Source of the DNA: an uncultured Erysipelotrichaceae bacterium
GTDB taxonomy: Bacteria > Bacillota_I > Bacilli_A > RF39 > UBA660
DNA: 60,081 nt
Reading direction: 5' to 3'
Assembly: GCA_902788735.1 (NCBI GenBank)
Contig: CADALJ010000002.1
Coordinates: forward strand, 1-60,081
Shown: one piece after another, positions 1 through 9,164 of the stretch
How positions within the stretch are numbered: the stretch's first letter is position 1
How the letters are laid out: each line of letters opens with the position of its first letter
The notes under the pieces: model-generated
The model's input: only the letters and a program-made list of their open reading frames with translations
What the model was told of the DNA's origin: nothing
Databases searched by the model: none
Translations under genes and position numbers: made by a program

Positions 1-125
1 TAGAATGTTTTAAATCCACTATTTGCGTAATAAAAGAAGAATTCATAAACCCATCCTATTATTCCACTTATTACTATTAATAAACATATTAATGTTATTT
101 TTTGTTTTTTTGTTAGATCTTTCAT
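1..125 (-). CDS. N-terminal fragment (runs off the window) of a multi-pass membrane protein, paralog of the next gene
   Basis: ATG at 125 is preceded by AGGTGA. The translation MKDLTKKQKITLICLLIVISGIIGWVYEFFFYYANSGFKTF parallels MLEKLDKKELISFICLIVVICGFIGWNIEVIFYYIDSGFKTIY of ORF 133..741. Confidence 0.5.
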   Translation of the reverse strand, partial: MKDLTKKQKITLICLLIVISGIIGWVYEFFFYYANSGFKTF

Positions 126-132
126 AATTCAC

Positions 133-741
133 CTACTTAAAATATAAATATTTTAAACCTAATGGTCTATATATATCTCTAGCTCTTGGAGTATGTATTA
201 ATCTAGCTATTATTAAATTATATACTTCATCTATCATTACAATAGAACATAATACTACGCTTATTATAAATACTTTATTTTTATATTTACTTGTTACTAG
301 TTTTATAAGTAATGGAACTAAGAAATATATTAAGAATAATCCTCCTATACCAAAACCTACCAAACTTCTAATTGAAACATAACCACCTATTGTAAATCCT
401 GAGAATAACTCTTGATTATAATCCCATGATTTAGTCCAGCCTAATACTCCATATAAGAAGTAACCTGAAAGTAATTCAAGTAGTCCAGCACTTGCCATAC
501 TTATTAAAAACACATGCAGTGGGTGTTCTCTATTTTTATAGGCTAGTGTAATCATTAAAAGTGCTCCCCATGCATAAATATTAATCCATGGAAGAAAGTT
601 TCCACCTCTCCAATAAATAGTTTTAAATCCACTATCTATATAATAGAATATTACTTCTATATTCCATCCTATAAAACCACAAATTACTACTATTAAACAT
701 ATAAAACTAATAAGTTCCTTTTTATCTAGTTTTTCTAACAT
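133..741 (-). CDS. Multi-pass membrane protein, resembles the 'putative ABC-transporter type IV' (DUF1113-like) family
   Basis: Track ORF 133..810. The internal Met at 741 aligns with the start of the neighbouring paralog. GW..E motif followed by several hydrophobic helices. Confidence 0.5.
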   Translation of the reverse strand: MLEKLDKKELISFICLIVVICGFIGWNIEVIFYYIDSGFKTIYWRGGNFLPWINIYAWGALLMITLAYKNREHPLHVFLISMASAGLLELLSGYFLYGVLGWTKSWDYNQELFSGFTIGGYVSIRSLVGFGIGGLFLIYFLVPLLIKLVTSKYKNKVFIISVVLCSIVMIDEVYNLIIARLIHTPRARDIYRPLGLKYLYFK

Positions 742-802
742 ACTACCACACCCTATTTTTATTATAACAAATAATAAAATAAAAAAGAACTTAAAGTTCT
801 TT

Positions 803-1078
803 TTATTCAATATTATTAGATATATCTGTTAATTTAATATTAAAATCACTTAATGAATTTTTAATAGAACAAATATAAGTAATAACAGCTTCATTATAAT
901 TATCATCATTTACATTACTTAATTCTTTTCTTAGTAATAATTCATTAGATGCATTTATTTCTTTACACATTTTATTGGTAGTTATAGATAATAATTTTAA
1001 TTCATCTATTATTATTTCTCGTTTTTCTTCTTCGCTTAATTTTTTAAAATATTCTAAATATTCATCCAAATTATCCAT
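803..1078 (-). CDS. Hypothetical 91-aa acidic helical protein
   Basis: ORF lies 2 nt downstream of ORF 1081..2559. No recognisable motif. Confidence 0.45.
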   Translation of the reverse strand: MDNLDEYLEYFKKLSEEEKREIIIDELKLLSITTNKMCKEINASNELLLRKELSNVNDDNYNEAVITYICSIKNSLSDFNIKLTDISNNIE

Positions 1079-1080
1079 AA

Positions 1081-2559
1081 TTAAAACATTCCCTTTACTC
1101 TTTGTAATTCTTCTTCATTTAATACTTCTTTATTATTTAATCTACTTAATTTATTAAAATCCATAAATTTTATAGCTTGTCTAAATTTACTCATTCCAAA
1201 GTATCTCTTTTCACTTTCTTTAATAGCTCTACGAGACTCTACTCTTGTTGTTGCATAATCAGTTTCTACTATTATATTAGTTGAATCCATGAATAAAGGT
1301 TCTTCTTTTAAATAATCTCTACATGCAGCTTTTAATCGCTTCTTTTGTTCTTCTATTTGATTACTATTTATAGGTCCCATTTTCTTTTCAATTAAACGAG
1401 TAAATATTTCTTGAAGTTTTTTACGATCAATATCTCTTTCTTCTGATTCAATAGTATGGTAATAATCAGCTAATTCTTCTGCTTTCATATACTTTGTATA
1501 GTTAGATATTTCATCTACTACATCATCTATATTTATCTCTGTATATGCCTTCCAATTATGCATCTTTTCTTTAGATTTATCATTTACCCTTACTCTAAAT
1601 ACTTCAGGGTTTATTAAATAACCATTATCCCCAATGTGTTTAGCAGTTTTAATTCTTTCTTTTAATTCTAATCTTTCTTCATTTGATAATTTATTACAAT
1701 AATTAATTACTTTTTTGTAAAGACTAGTATATTCTTCTACATAATCTCTATATGTCTTTTTTATTTCATCTAAAGCAATCTCATAATTTAGTGCAGCTCT
1801 TTTACCATATGAATAATTATTTTTTCTATATTCCATTTCAGTTATGGCTAAATCAAATAATGAATCCATTGTATTAATAATACTTTGTATTGTTAGTTCT
1901 TCATGTCTATCTAATATTTCATTAACTATTCTTAATGAAAATAATTTATCAATAGTATCTTCTGATAGATATCCATTCTTTTCATTATATAAACTAAGTC
2001 CAAATTGATCTTTTATATCAGAAATTTCTTTATCTTCAACATAAACATTCTTTTCTCTGATATGTTTTTTTATTATTTCATCCAATGTTTCTTTATTTCT
2101 TATAGTCATACTATTTATAACTGCAGGTCTAACACCTTTATATTTTCTATCATGATTTTTAGAATGTTCTTTCTGAGCTTTTCTTTCATTCTTTATAAGA
2201 TCTTTATAATTAATTATTTTACTTAGACATTCTTTTAAGTATTTTTTAGGTCCAAAATTCTTTAATTTTTCAATATGAACTTTATATTCACTATCATTTT
2301 GGTCTAAACCTACTTCTTTTAAAGCAGTATTCCATGTTTTACTTCCTTCATGAAATTCTTTAGCTTTATCTATTTCTTTAACTATTCTACTTATTCTATT
2401 ATAATTTGAATGATTTATTATTTCATCTTGTAATTTTCTTATTTTGTATTTTTGAAATTCTGTATCTCTTTCATTTTTAAATTCAAGTAGTTTTATACAT
2501 ACTTCACTCATTACTTGATATTTATTTATTTCTTTTTGATAAGATTCTATTATACTCAT
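1081..2559 (-). CDS. Hypothetical 492-aa K/E-rich soluble protein
   Basis: Long uninterrupted ORF with AT-rich codon usage typical of the window. No catalytic motif recognised. Confidence 0.6.
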   Translation of the reverse strand: MSIIESYQKEINKYQVMSEVCIKLLEFKNERDTEFQKYKIRKLQDEIINHSNYNRISRIVKEIDKAKEFHEGSKTWNTALKEVGLDQNDSEYKVHIEKLKNFGPKKYLKECLSKIINYKDLIKNERKAQKEHSKNHDRKYKGVRPAVINSMTIRNKETLDEIIKKHIREKNVYVEDKEISDIKDQFGLSLYNEKNGYLSEDTIDKLFSLRIVNEILDRHEELTIQSIINTMDSLFDLAITEMEYRKNNYSYGKRAALNYEIALDEIKKTYRDYVEEYTSLYKKVINYCNKLSNEERLELKERIKTAKHIGDNGYLINPEVFRVRVNDKSKEKMHNWKAYTEINIDDVVDEISNYTKYMKAEELADYYHTIESEERDIDRKKLQEIFTRLIEKKMGPINSNQIEEQKKRLKAACRDYLKEEPLFMDSTNIIVETDYATTRVESRRAIKESEKRYFGMSKFRQAIKFMDFNKLSRLNNKEVLNEEELQRVKGMF

Positions 2560-2603
2560 ATATATCCCACCTATTACTATATAGTATAACTAAAATAATA
2601 AGA

Positions 2604-2630
2604 AAAAGATATCTTTTTTAGATATCTTTT
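2604..2630 (-). terminator. Intrinsic terminator after the lipoprotein gene
   Basis: AAAAGATATCT-ttttt-AGATATCTTTT hairpin with flanking T-run, 17 nt beyond the stop at 2647. Confidence 0.6.
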
Positions 2631-2646
2631 TTATACTTTACATATA

Positions 2647-3171
2647 TTAGTCTACTGAATTTACTTCAATTGAATTAAAGAAAGTTTTTAATTCTTTATC
2701 TAATAATTTAGCTACTATTATATCTTCATTAGTATCTAATCTATCAATCGATACAAATAATATTTTAGCAGTATCAGTAGAGTCTACACCTAATAATATA
2801 TTTAAATATATTCCACTAGAATAGTCCCCATAAGCATAAGCTTCATATTTACCATATTTATATTCTTTATAATATTTTTGATTAGTTCTAATTTCTTTAG
2901 ATTTATCATAAGAAGTTTTACTCATTTGAGTATAATACATTTGAAATTCTACATCTAAATCAGGATTTTCAAAAGTTATTTCTGTTGAAGCTCCATTTTT
3001 ATTTGTTTTTACTTCAGAATAGTTTTCTTCTTCTTTATATTTAAATACTGTTTCATATCCAAATACTGGATCTGATAGAACAATTGATTTTCTTGTATCT
3101 TTTTCTTCACATGCTGTTAGTAATAATATAAATACTGGTAATAACATTATAAATAATAATTTCTTTTTCAT
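2647..3171 (-). CDS. Lipoprotein
   Basis: MKKKLLFIMLLPVFILLLTAC lipobox. Start at 3171 has an AGGAGG RBS. The track ORF extends to 3204 through an unlikely N-terminus. Confidence 0.65.
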   Translation of the reverse strand: MKKKLLFIMLLPVFILLLTACEEKDTRKSIVLSDPVFGYETVFKYKEEENYSEVKTNKNGASTEITFENPDLDVEFQMYYTQMSKTSYDKSKEIRTNQKYYKEYKYGKYEAYAYGDYSSGIYLNILLGVDSTDTAKILFVSIDRLDTNEDIIVAKLLDKELKTFFNSIEVNSVD

Positions 3172-3173
3172 AG

Positions 3174-4397
3174 TTACCTCCTTTCTTTTTTCTTTACAAT
3201 ACATTCTTCTTTACTTAATAAACTTAGTATTTCAATACCTGGTACTGTGTTATTTATTAGTTCATTTATTTCTTCTTTATATTCTTTTAAAAAAGTTGGA
3301 TGATTACTTATAAATTTTTGAATACTATGAATATCTTTTTCTTCTACTAATTTAGTCATTAATAGCATTGGATCTGTATTAATAATATTATCATATATAG
3401 CATTTATTTTTTCTTTATTACCACATTCTTTAATTGCGTTACATTTATCAAGTATTAATTCATGATAATCTTTAAATCCATAATCATTAACTATAAGTTT
3501 TAATATTTCATAATTTTCTTTCAAATCATAATTATTTTTGATAGTTCTATCTATATATAATAGTGAATCTGTTTCTTTACCATCTACTAATACATTAGAA
3601 GTTATTGGGCTTTTTAGATATATTTCTTTCAAATATTTTGGTTCAAGTCTTTTTTCATCTTTAAATTCTTTCTTAATTACTTGGCATTGTTTTAGCAATT
3701 CTGCTTGAAGGGCAATTACCTTTTTTTCTAAATTTTTATTTTTATGTGGATATTTACCATATAAATCAATTAGAAAGTTTTGAGTTGTTTCTAAGGCATA
3801 ATTATTTGCATCTACTTCTGTATACATTCTATCATGATTATCAGCATAATACTGATTATATTCAAACACTTCTTCTTCATCATATATGTCATGTATATCT
3901 TTAACAAAACGATTTTTAGTTAAAAGCATATAATGTGATGGATATTTTATAATTTTTTTGATGTCACTTTCATGAAAAAAGTGAAATTGATGTTGGTGAC
4001 GATATTCATGAATAATTCTTGCTAGAGCACTAGAAGTATTGCTTCCTGCATTTAGTAAAAGTGCAAGTGGTGATAATAATACTATATCTTTTTTCTTATT
4101 GTATCCTCCTGAAGAAATCATAAATATCATGTCATCTATTTCATAACCAAATTTATCTTGCCAAGTAAACTCCATATACTTTTTCATCAATTCAGCTAAA
4201 AATTCTGTTTTATATAATTCTATATTATATACAGGGCATACCATTTGATTTACTGTTACGCCTTCTATTTCTTTATTAAAAATATTAACTATTGTTTCTA
4301 GATCATTTACTATACTAGGAAAGTCTTTTAATATATTTTTTTCTTTTATACTATTACTTTTTTTCTTTAATAAACTCTCTATACTATTTATATTCAT
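3174..4397 (-). CDS. Putative HExxH metalloprotease-like protein
   Basis: IIHEYRHQHQ (HExxH) plus downstream YTEVDANNYA, reminiscent of the E..AN.FA element of ImmA/IrrE-type peptidases. ATG at 4397. The upstream part of the track ORF overlaps the aquaporin terminator. Confidence 0.5.
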   Translation of the reverse strand: MNINSIESLLKKKSNSIKEKNILKDFPSIVNDLETIVNIFNKEIEGVTVNQMVCPVYNIELYKTEFLAELMKKYMEFTWQDKFGYEIDDMIFMISSGGYNKKKDIVLLSPLALLLNAGSNTSSALARIIHEYRHQHQFHFFHESDIKKIIKYPSHYMLLTKNRFVKDIHDIYDEEEVFEYNQYYADNHDRMYTEVDANNYALETTQNFLIDLYGKYPHKNKNLEKKVIALQAELLKQCQVIKKEFKDEKRLEPKYLKEIYLKSPITSNVLVDGKETDSLLYIDRTIKNNYDLKENYEILKLIVNDYGFKDYHELILDKCNAIKECGNKEKINAIYDNIINTDPMLLMTKLVEEKDIHSIQKFISNHPTFLKEYKEEINELINNTVPGIEILSLLSKEECIVKKKERR

Positions 4398-4435
4398 ACC
4401 ATCACCCACTAAATTTATTATAACAAAGTAAAAAT

Positions 4436-4462
4436 AAAAAAACACCAAAAAGGTGTTTTTTT
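4436..4462 (-). terminator. Intrinsic terminator after the aquaporin gene
   Basis: AACACC-aaaaa-GGTGTT hairpin followed by a T-run on the minus strand. Confidence 0.65.
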
Positions 4463-4465
4463 GTA

Positions 4466-5146
4466 TTATTTAGATTTCTTTTTAGTTGTATTTAGATATT
4501 TAAATAAAATAGCAGCTAACGCTCCACCTACTAAAGGTGCTAGAATAAATACCCATATTTGTCTTATAGCTTCTCCACCTAAGAATATAGCTGGTGCTAA
4601 GCTTCTTGCTGGGTTAACTGATGTTCCTGTTAGAGGAATACCAATTAAATGTACAAATGTTAATGTAAGACCAATTACTATTCCAGCAATGTTTGACTTA
4701 TTATCATCACTAGTTACACCTAAAATAGTATAGACAAATACACAAGTTAATACTATTTCTGTTACTATTGCAGCTATTAAACTAATATTATTTGCAGATA
4801 ACTCTCCATAGAAATTAGCTCCTAGTGCAGTAGTTCCTAAGGAAGTATTACTTAAGATAAAGAATAGAATTGCACTACCAGCAATAGCTCCTAATATTTG
4901 AGAAATTACATAGCATATAAAATCTTTAATATCTAGTTTCTTATTAATTAGCATAGCTAGTGATACTGCAGGATTAACGTGACATCCTGAAATATTACCT
5001 ATTACATATGCCTCTGCAACGATTGCTAAACCAAAAGCTAGAGATGTAGCTACTAAATCTCCTCCTGATACAACTGCAATACCTGTTCCAAATAATACTA
5101 ATACAAGTGTTCCTAAGAATTCAGCAATATATTTTTTCATTCTCAA
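4466..5146 (-). CDS. MIP-family channel (aquaporin/glycerol facilitator)
   Basis: Two NPA boxes (HVNPAVS, SVNPARS), six hydrophobic segments, 226 aa. Confidence 0.9.
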   Translation of the reverse strand: MRMKKYIAEFLGTLVLVLFGTGIAVVSGGDLVATSLAFGLAIVAEAYVIGNISGCHVNPAVSLAMLINKKLDIKDFICYVISQILGAIAGSAILFFILSNTSLGTTALGANFYGELSANNISLIAAIVTEIVLTCVFVYTILGVTSDDNKSNIAGIVIGLTLTFVHLIGIPLTGTSVNPARSLAPAIFLGGEAIRQIWVFILAPLVGGALAAILFKYLNTTKKKSK

Positions 5147-5233
5147 TTCTCCTTTCTATTTTAATTGTAATTTATGTTTATTTTATTGTCAATTTTAATT
5201 GATACTGATATAATTAAATTAGGATGTGATAAT

Positions 5234-5926
5234 ATGGAAAACGAAATAGCAAATTCTCAAGCTGCTAGAAAACATTATATAGAGACATGGGTTGATAAAC
5301 TTTATGATGAAGAAAATAAAATTAAATACTTATTTCCAGAACCAATAAATCAATTTAAACAATATGCTTTCGATATGTTTTTAGATACCAATATTTCATA
5401 TAAAGAAATTGATGATAATTTTGACCAATTAGTAACAGAACGTTATAAAAATTTTATTGTTAAAGAAAGAATGAAAAGAGAACAAGACATTCGTAATGTA
5501 ATAAGTACTATATATAAAGAAAATGAAGGATTATTTGAAAAAGACTTAGAAGAAGTACAAAAAGAGTATGTTGATTTATATTTAAATGATAATTCAAAGA
5601 CTATTGAAGATATAAGAGCTATATTTGTTCAAAGTGTTTTAGAACTTAAGAAACAAAAAATTAATAAAGCAGAACCTATTCAAATAGAAGAGCCACAACA
5701 TGATGTAGTGGATAAACCTATTAGTGAAGAACTTAATAATATGATAAATGATTCTATTAGTGAACAAATAGAAATTGTGGAAAAAGAAAATACAAATCAA
5801 AAACAATATGTTAAGAAAAGTGAAAAACAATCTGGTGTTATTAGTATATTTAATATTGTATTAGTTATATTAGGAATAGCTGCTTTTGTATTAATAGCTA
5901 TGATTTTAAATCTATTATTAAAATAG
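5234..5926 (+). CDS. Tail-anchored membrane protein of unknown function
   Basis: Acidic soluble region with a single C-terminal TM helix (ISIFNIVLVILGIAAFVLIAMIL). Start chosen at MENEIANS. Confidence 0.5.
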   Translation: MENEIANSQAARKHYIETWVDKLYDEENKIKYLFPEPINQFKQYAFDMFLDTNISYKEIDDNFDQLVTERYKNFIVKERMKREQDIRNVISTIYKENEGLFEKDLEEVQKEYVDLYLNDNSKTIEDIRAIFVQSVLELKKQKINKAEPIQIEEPQHDVVDKPISEELNNMINDSISEQIEIVEKENTNQKQYVKKSEKQSGVISIFNIVLVILGIAAFVLIAMILNLLLK

Positions 5927-5943
5927 CTTCGGCTATTTTTTTA
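5921..5943 (+). terminator. Intrinsic terminator
   Basis: AAATAGC-ttcg-GCTATTT hairpin followed by a T-run, overlapping the stop codon. Confidence 0.6.
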
Positions 5944-5973
5944 TTTGTGATAAAATAACTTAGAGGGATTATT

Positions 5974-6864
5974 ATGGAATTATTAAAAAATTGTAATTTA
6001 TGTCCTAGAAAGTGTGGAGTTAATAGATATATTGAAAAAGGTTTTTGTGGGGCTACTAATAGAATAAAATTAGCTTACTATTCTCTTCATATGTGGGAAG
6101 AACCTATTATATCTGGAGATAATGGTAGTGGTACAATTTTCTTTTCTAATTGTAATTTAAGATGTTTATATTGCCAAAATAAAAAAATTAGTATAGATGG
6201 ATATGGTAAATATATTTCTAATAAAAGACTTGGTGAAATAATGTTAGAGTTACAAAGTAAAGGAGCTCACAACATTAATTTAGTTACTCCTACTCATTAT
6301 GTTCCAAATATTATAAGTGTATTAAGAAAAATTAAAGGTAAAGAATTAAAAATACCTGTAGTATATAACACAAGTAGTTATGAGTGTGTTGGTACAATAA
6401 TAGCTTGTAGAAATCTAGTAGATATATACTTGGCTGACTTACGTTATTTTGATGATAGTCTAGGAGAAAAATATTCATTATGTTCTAATTATTTTGAAAA
6501 TGCCACTATGGCAATAGATGAAATGTATAGACAAGTTGGAAAATGTGAGTTTGATAATAATGGTTTATTAAAATCTGGTTTAGTAGTTAGAGTATTAATA
6601 TTACCAGGGCACGCTGATGATAGTAAAAAGATAATTGAATATTTATATAAAACTTATGGTGATGATATATTTATAAGTATTATGAATCAATATACTCCTA
6701 TTAATAAATGTAAGTATAGTAATCTAAATAGAAAAGTAACTGATAAAGAATATGATGAAGTAGTTGAATATGCATTAGATTTAGGAGTTACTAATGCTTT
6801 TGTTCAAGAAGGAGAGGCTGCTAGTGAAAGTTTTATTCCTCAATTTAATAAAAAAATTGTTTAA
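5974..6864 (+). CDS. Radical SAM protein, PflX-like (pyruvate formate-lyase activase homolog)
   Basis: CNLRCLYCQN (CxxxCxxC) plus an N-terminal Cys cluster CNLCPRKCGVNR..GFCG. Confidence 0.8.
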   Translation: MELLKNCNLCPRKCGVNRYIEKGFCGATNRIKLAYYSLHMWEEPIISGDNGSGTIFFSNCNLRCLYCQNKKISIDGYGKYISNKRLGEIMLELQSKGAHNINLVTPTHYVPNIISVLRKIKGKELKIPVVYNTSSYECVGTIIACRNLVDIYLADLRYFDDSLGEKYSLCSNYFENATMAIDEMYRQVGKCEFDNNGLLKSGLVVRVLILPGHADDSKKIIEYLYKTYGDDIFISIMNQYTPINKCKYSNLNRKVTDKEYDEVVEYALDLGVTNAFVQEGEAASESFIPQFNKKIV

Positions 6865-6902
6865 TATTGGTATTTGTGATATCATTATTTTAGGAGGAAA
6901 AT

Positions 6903-7430
6903 ATGAAAAAATTAAAATATTTAGTAATTTTATTAATTGCTGCTTTAATAATACCTTTCACTGTTCATGCAGAGGGTGAAGAATCAAAAGAAGTAAAGGT
7001 TTATTTCTTTAGAGGAGAAGGATGTTCTCACTGTGCAGAGGCTGAAGCTTGGTTTCAAAGCATTGAAGAAGAATATGGAAGTTATTTTCAAGTAATTGAT
7101 TATGAAACTTTGTATAATAGAGAAAATTCTAAGTTAATGCAAAGAGTAGCTAAAGCTAGAGGTGAAAAAGCTGAAGGAGTTCCATATATTATTATTGGTA
7201 ATCAATCATGGAATGGATTTACTGAAAGTTATGGATCAGAAATGATTGAAAGAATTAAATCTGAGTTTGAAAAAGATGTTAAAGATAGATATGACATCAT
7301 CAAACTTTTACCTGAAATGGAAAAAGAAAAAGATAGTACTGGTTCTGATATATTAGCTCTTGTTATTATTCTTGTAGTATTTGGTGGAATTTGCTTCGGT
7401 GTATATAAAGCTAGAAAGAAAACAAAATAA
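6903..7430 (+). CDS. Secreted, membrane-anchored thioredoxin-fold protein
   Basis: Signal peptide, redox motif CSHC in VKVYFFRGEGCSHCAEAE, and a C-terminal TM helix. Confidence 0.6.
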   Translation: MKKLKYLVILLIAALIIPFTVHAEGEESKEVKVYFFRGEGCSHCAEAEAWFQSIEEEYGSYFQVIDYETLYNRENSKLMQRVAKARGEKAEGVPYIIIGNQSWNGFTESYGSEMIERIKSEFEKDVKDRYDIIKLLPEMEKEKDSTGSDILALVIILVVFGGICFGVYKARKKTK

Positions 7431-7450
7431 AAAGCACTAAGTGCTTTTTT
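7431..7450. terminator. Bidirectional terminator between convergent genes
   Basis: AAAGCAC-taa-GTGCTTT hairpin with A- and T-runs on the two sides. Confidence 0.6.
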
Positions 7451-8645
7451 ATTTTATCTTTAATATTTGACCTATACTTATTGTATTACTTGTAAGATCA
7501 TTTAATTCTTTTAGTTCTTGTACTGATATATTATTTTTTCTAGCTACACTCCATAAAGTATCCCCTTTTTCTACAATATAGATATTTTCATCTATATCTT
7601 TTTTTGGTACTAATAATTTTTGCCCTATAGATATAGTTAAATCAGTTAAGTTATTTAATTCTATTAAATCATTTACTTTAATATTATATTTATTAGCTAT
7701 AGCCCATAGGCTATCTCCTTTAACTACTTCATATATATCATATTCATCATTAATAATAGGTTCTTCATTTTCTATAATTATTAATTCTTGATTAGGATAT
7801 ATTTCATTACTAGTTAAATTATTTAATTCTTTTAATTCTTGTACTGGTATATTAAATTTTCTAGATATGGAGTATAATGTATCTCCTTTTTGAACAATAT
7901 AAATATTTTCATTTGGATTTTCTCTAGTAAAATATAGTCTTTGTCCAATAGATAAGATATCACTATTTAAATTATTTATTCTTATTATTTCATCTACTGG
8001 TATATTAAATCTTCTTGAAATAGAATATAAAGTATCTCCTTTTTGTACTGTGTAAAAGTCTTTTGAAGTATTATTTCCAGGTGGTGTATAGGGATATCCT
8101 GTGTATTCTGCTAGAGCTTTTACTACACCTTCTACATAGTTGTTTAAATTATTTTTTAATTTATATGCATCATTTTTATTATCAATAAAACCATATTCTA
8201 CTAGTATTGGTTCTGTATTACCAGTTTCTCTTAAAATATAATAATAATCTAAATTAGGATTTTCTGGTAATCTTCTCTGATATACTTTTCTTTTTATTTG
8301 ACCGGCTTCTCCTATATTATTAAGTACTAAGTCTGCTAGTGTAGAATTATTTTTTAGAGAATATACTACTTCTGCTCCTTCTCCATTACCAGCATTTATA
8401 TGATTAGATACTAATATTGTTCTAGGACTATTGTTATATAAATTCTTTACTCTTCTTACTCTTTCATCTTTAGGTAGATATTCATCATTATCTCTAGTCA
8501 TTTTAGCAGGTATACCTAATTCTTTTAATCTATTAAACATATAAGTAGCAGCTTGTAAATTTAAGTCTTTTTCTAATAAGTTATTACCTACTGCACCACT
8601 ATCTATTCCACCATGACCTGCATCTACAATTATGCCTTCTATCAT
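7449..8645 (-). CDS. N-acetylmuramoyl-L-alanine amidase (Amidase_3) with four LysM repeats
   Basis: IIVDAGHGGIDSGAV amidase_3 N-terminus. Four copies of Y.V.KGDTL.SI....NI.V.EL..LN.L. No signal peptide. Confidence 0.9.
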   Translation of the reverse strand: MIEGIIVDAGHGGIDSGAVGNNLLEKDLNLQAATYMFNRLKELGIPAKMTRDNDEYLPKDERVRRVKNLYNNSPRTILVSNHINAGNGEGAEVVYSLKNNSTLADLVLNNIGEAGQIKRKVYQRRLPENPNLDYYYILRETGNTEPILVEYGFIDNKNDAYKLKNNLNNYVEGVVKALAEYTGYPYTPPGNNTSKDFYTVQKGDTLYSISRRFNIPVDEIIRINNLNSDILSIGQRLYFTRENPNENIYIVQKGDTLYSISRKFNIPVQELKELNNLTSNEIYPNQELIIIENEEPIINDEYDIYEVVKGDSLWAIANKYNIKVNDLIELNNLTDLTISIGQKLLVPKKDIDENIYIVEKGDTLWSVARKNNISVQELKELNDLTSNTISIGQILKIK

Positions 8646-8702
8646 AATTTCACCTCTAGTATATGATATTTATAATTAGGTAAAATGACACAAAAAAAGA
8701 TA

Positions 8703-9113
8703 TTAAATAATATCTTTTTTTATTTTTTTGTATACTTTTGGTGTTTCTTTTATTTTTATTTTTTTCTCTTGTAGTATTCCGTTATCTACTAATTTATCCA
8801 TTTCTTTATTATATAGTTTTACTACATCATTTAAAAATGGAAAATCATTTTCTTCATTATAGAAGGCTCTATATGGTTGTCCAAAATCTTCGTCTAAAAC
8901 TAAAACATTTTCTTCATCATTAAATGTTAAAGCATTGTCTTTATCTTTTCCTACTTCAACAAGTAATTCTATATCATCAATTAGATATCTAATATAGCAA
9001 TAGTTTTCTGTAGAAATATCTCCTAGAATTCCGCCTTTTTTAAATCCATTCTTTTTTAATTTTTCAAGTGATACGTCACTATTTAATTCATATCTTTTTA
9101 CTACTTCTCTCAT
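8703..9113 (-). CDS. Hypothetical 136-aa protein
   Basis: ORF with its own terminator-like hairpin at its stop. No motif recognised. Confidence 0.45.
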   Translation of the reverse strand: MREVVKRYELNSDVSLEKLKKNGFKKGGILGDISTENYCYIRYLIDDIELLVEVGKDKDNALTFNDEENVLVLDEDFGQPYRAFYNEENDFPFLNDVVKLYNKEMDKLVDNGILQEKKIKIKETPKVYKKIKKDII

Positions 9114-9147
9114 AAACCCTCCGACTTTTTAATTATATCATAAAAAA

Positions 9148-9164
9148 AGACTAATAATTAGTCT
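9148..9164 (-). terminator. Terminator hairpin overlapping the stop of ORF 9158..10057
   Basis: AGACTAA-taa-TTAGTCT hairpin flanked by A- and T-runs. Confidence 0.5.

Noticed and set aside
4461-4733. 90-aa plus-strand ORF
   Set aside because: Antisense to the aquaporin gene, whose NPA motifs make the minus-strand reading certain.
7449-8110. Periodic DNA repeats of roughly 200 bp, briefly considered as a repeat array
   Set aside because: They encode the four LysM domains of the amidase. They are protein-coding repeats, not CRISPR or satellite DNA.
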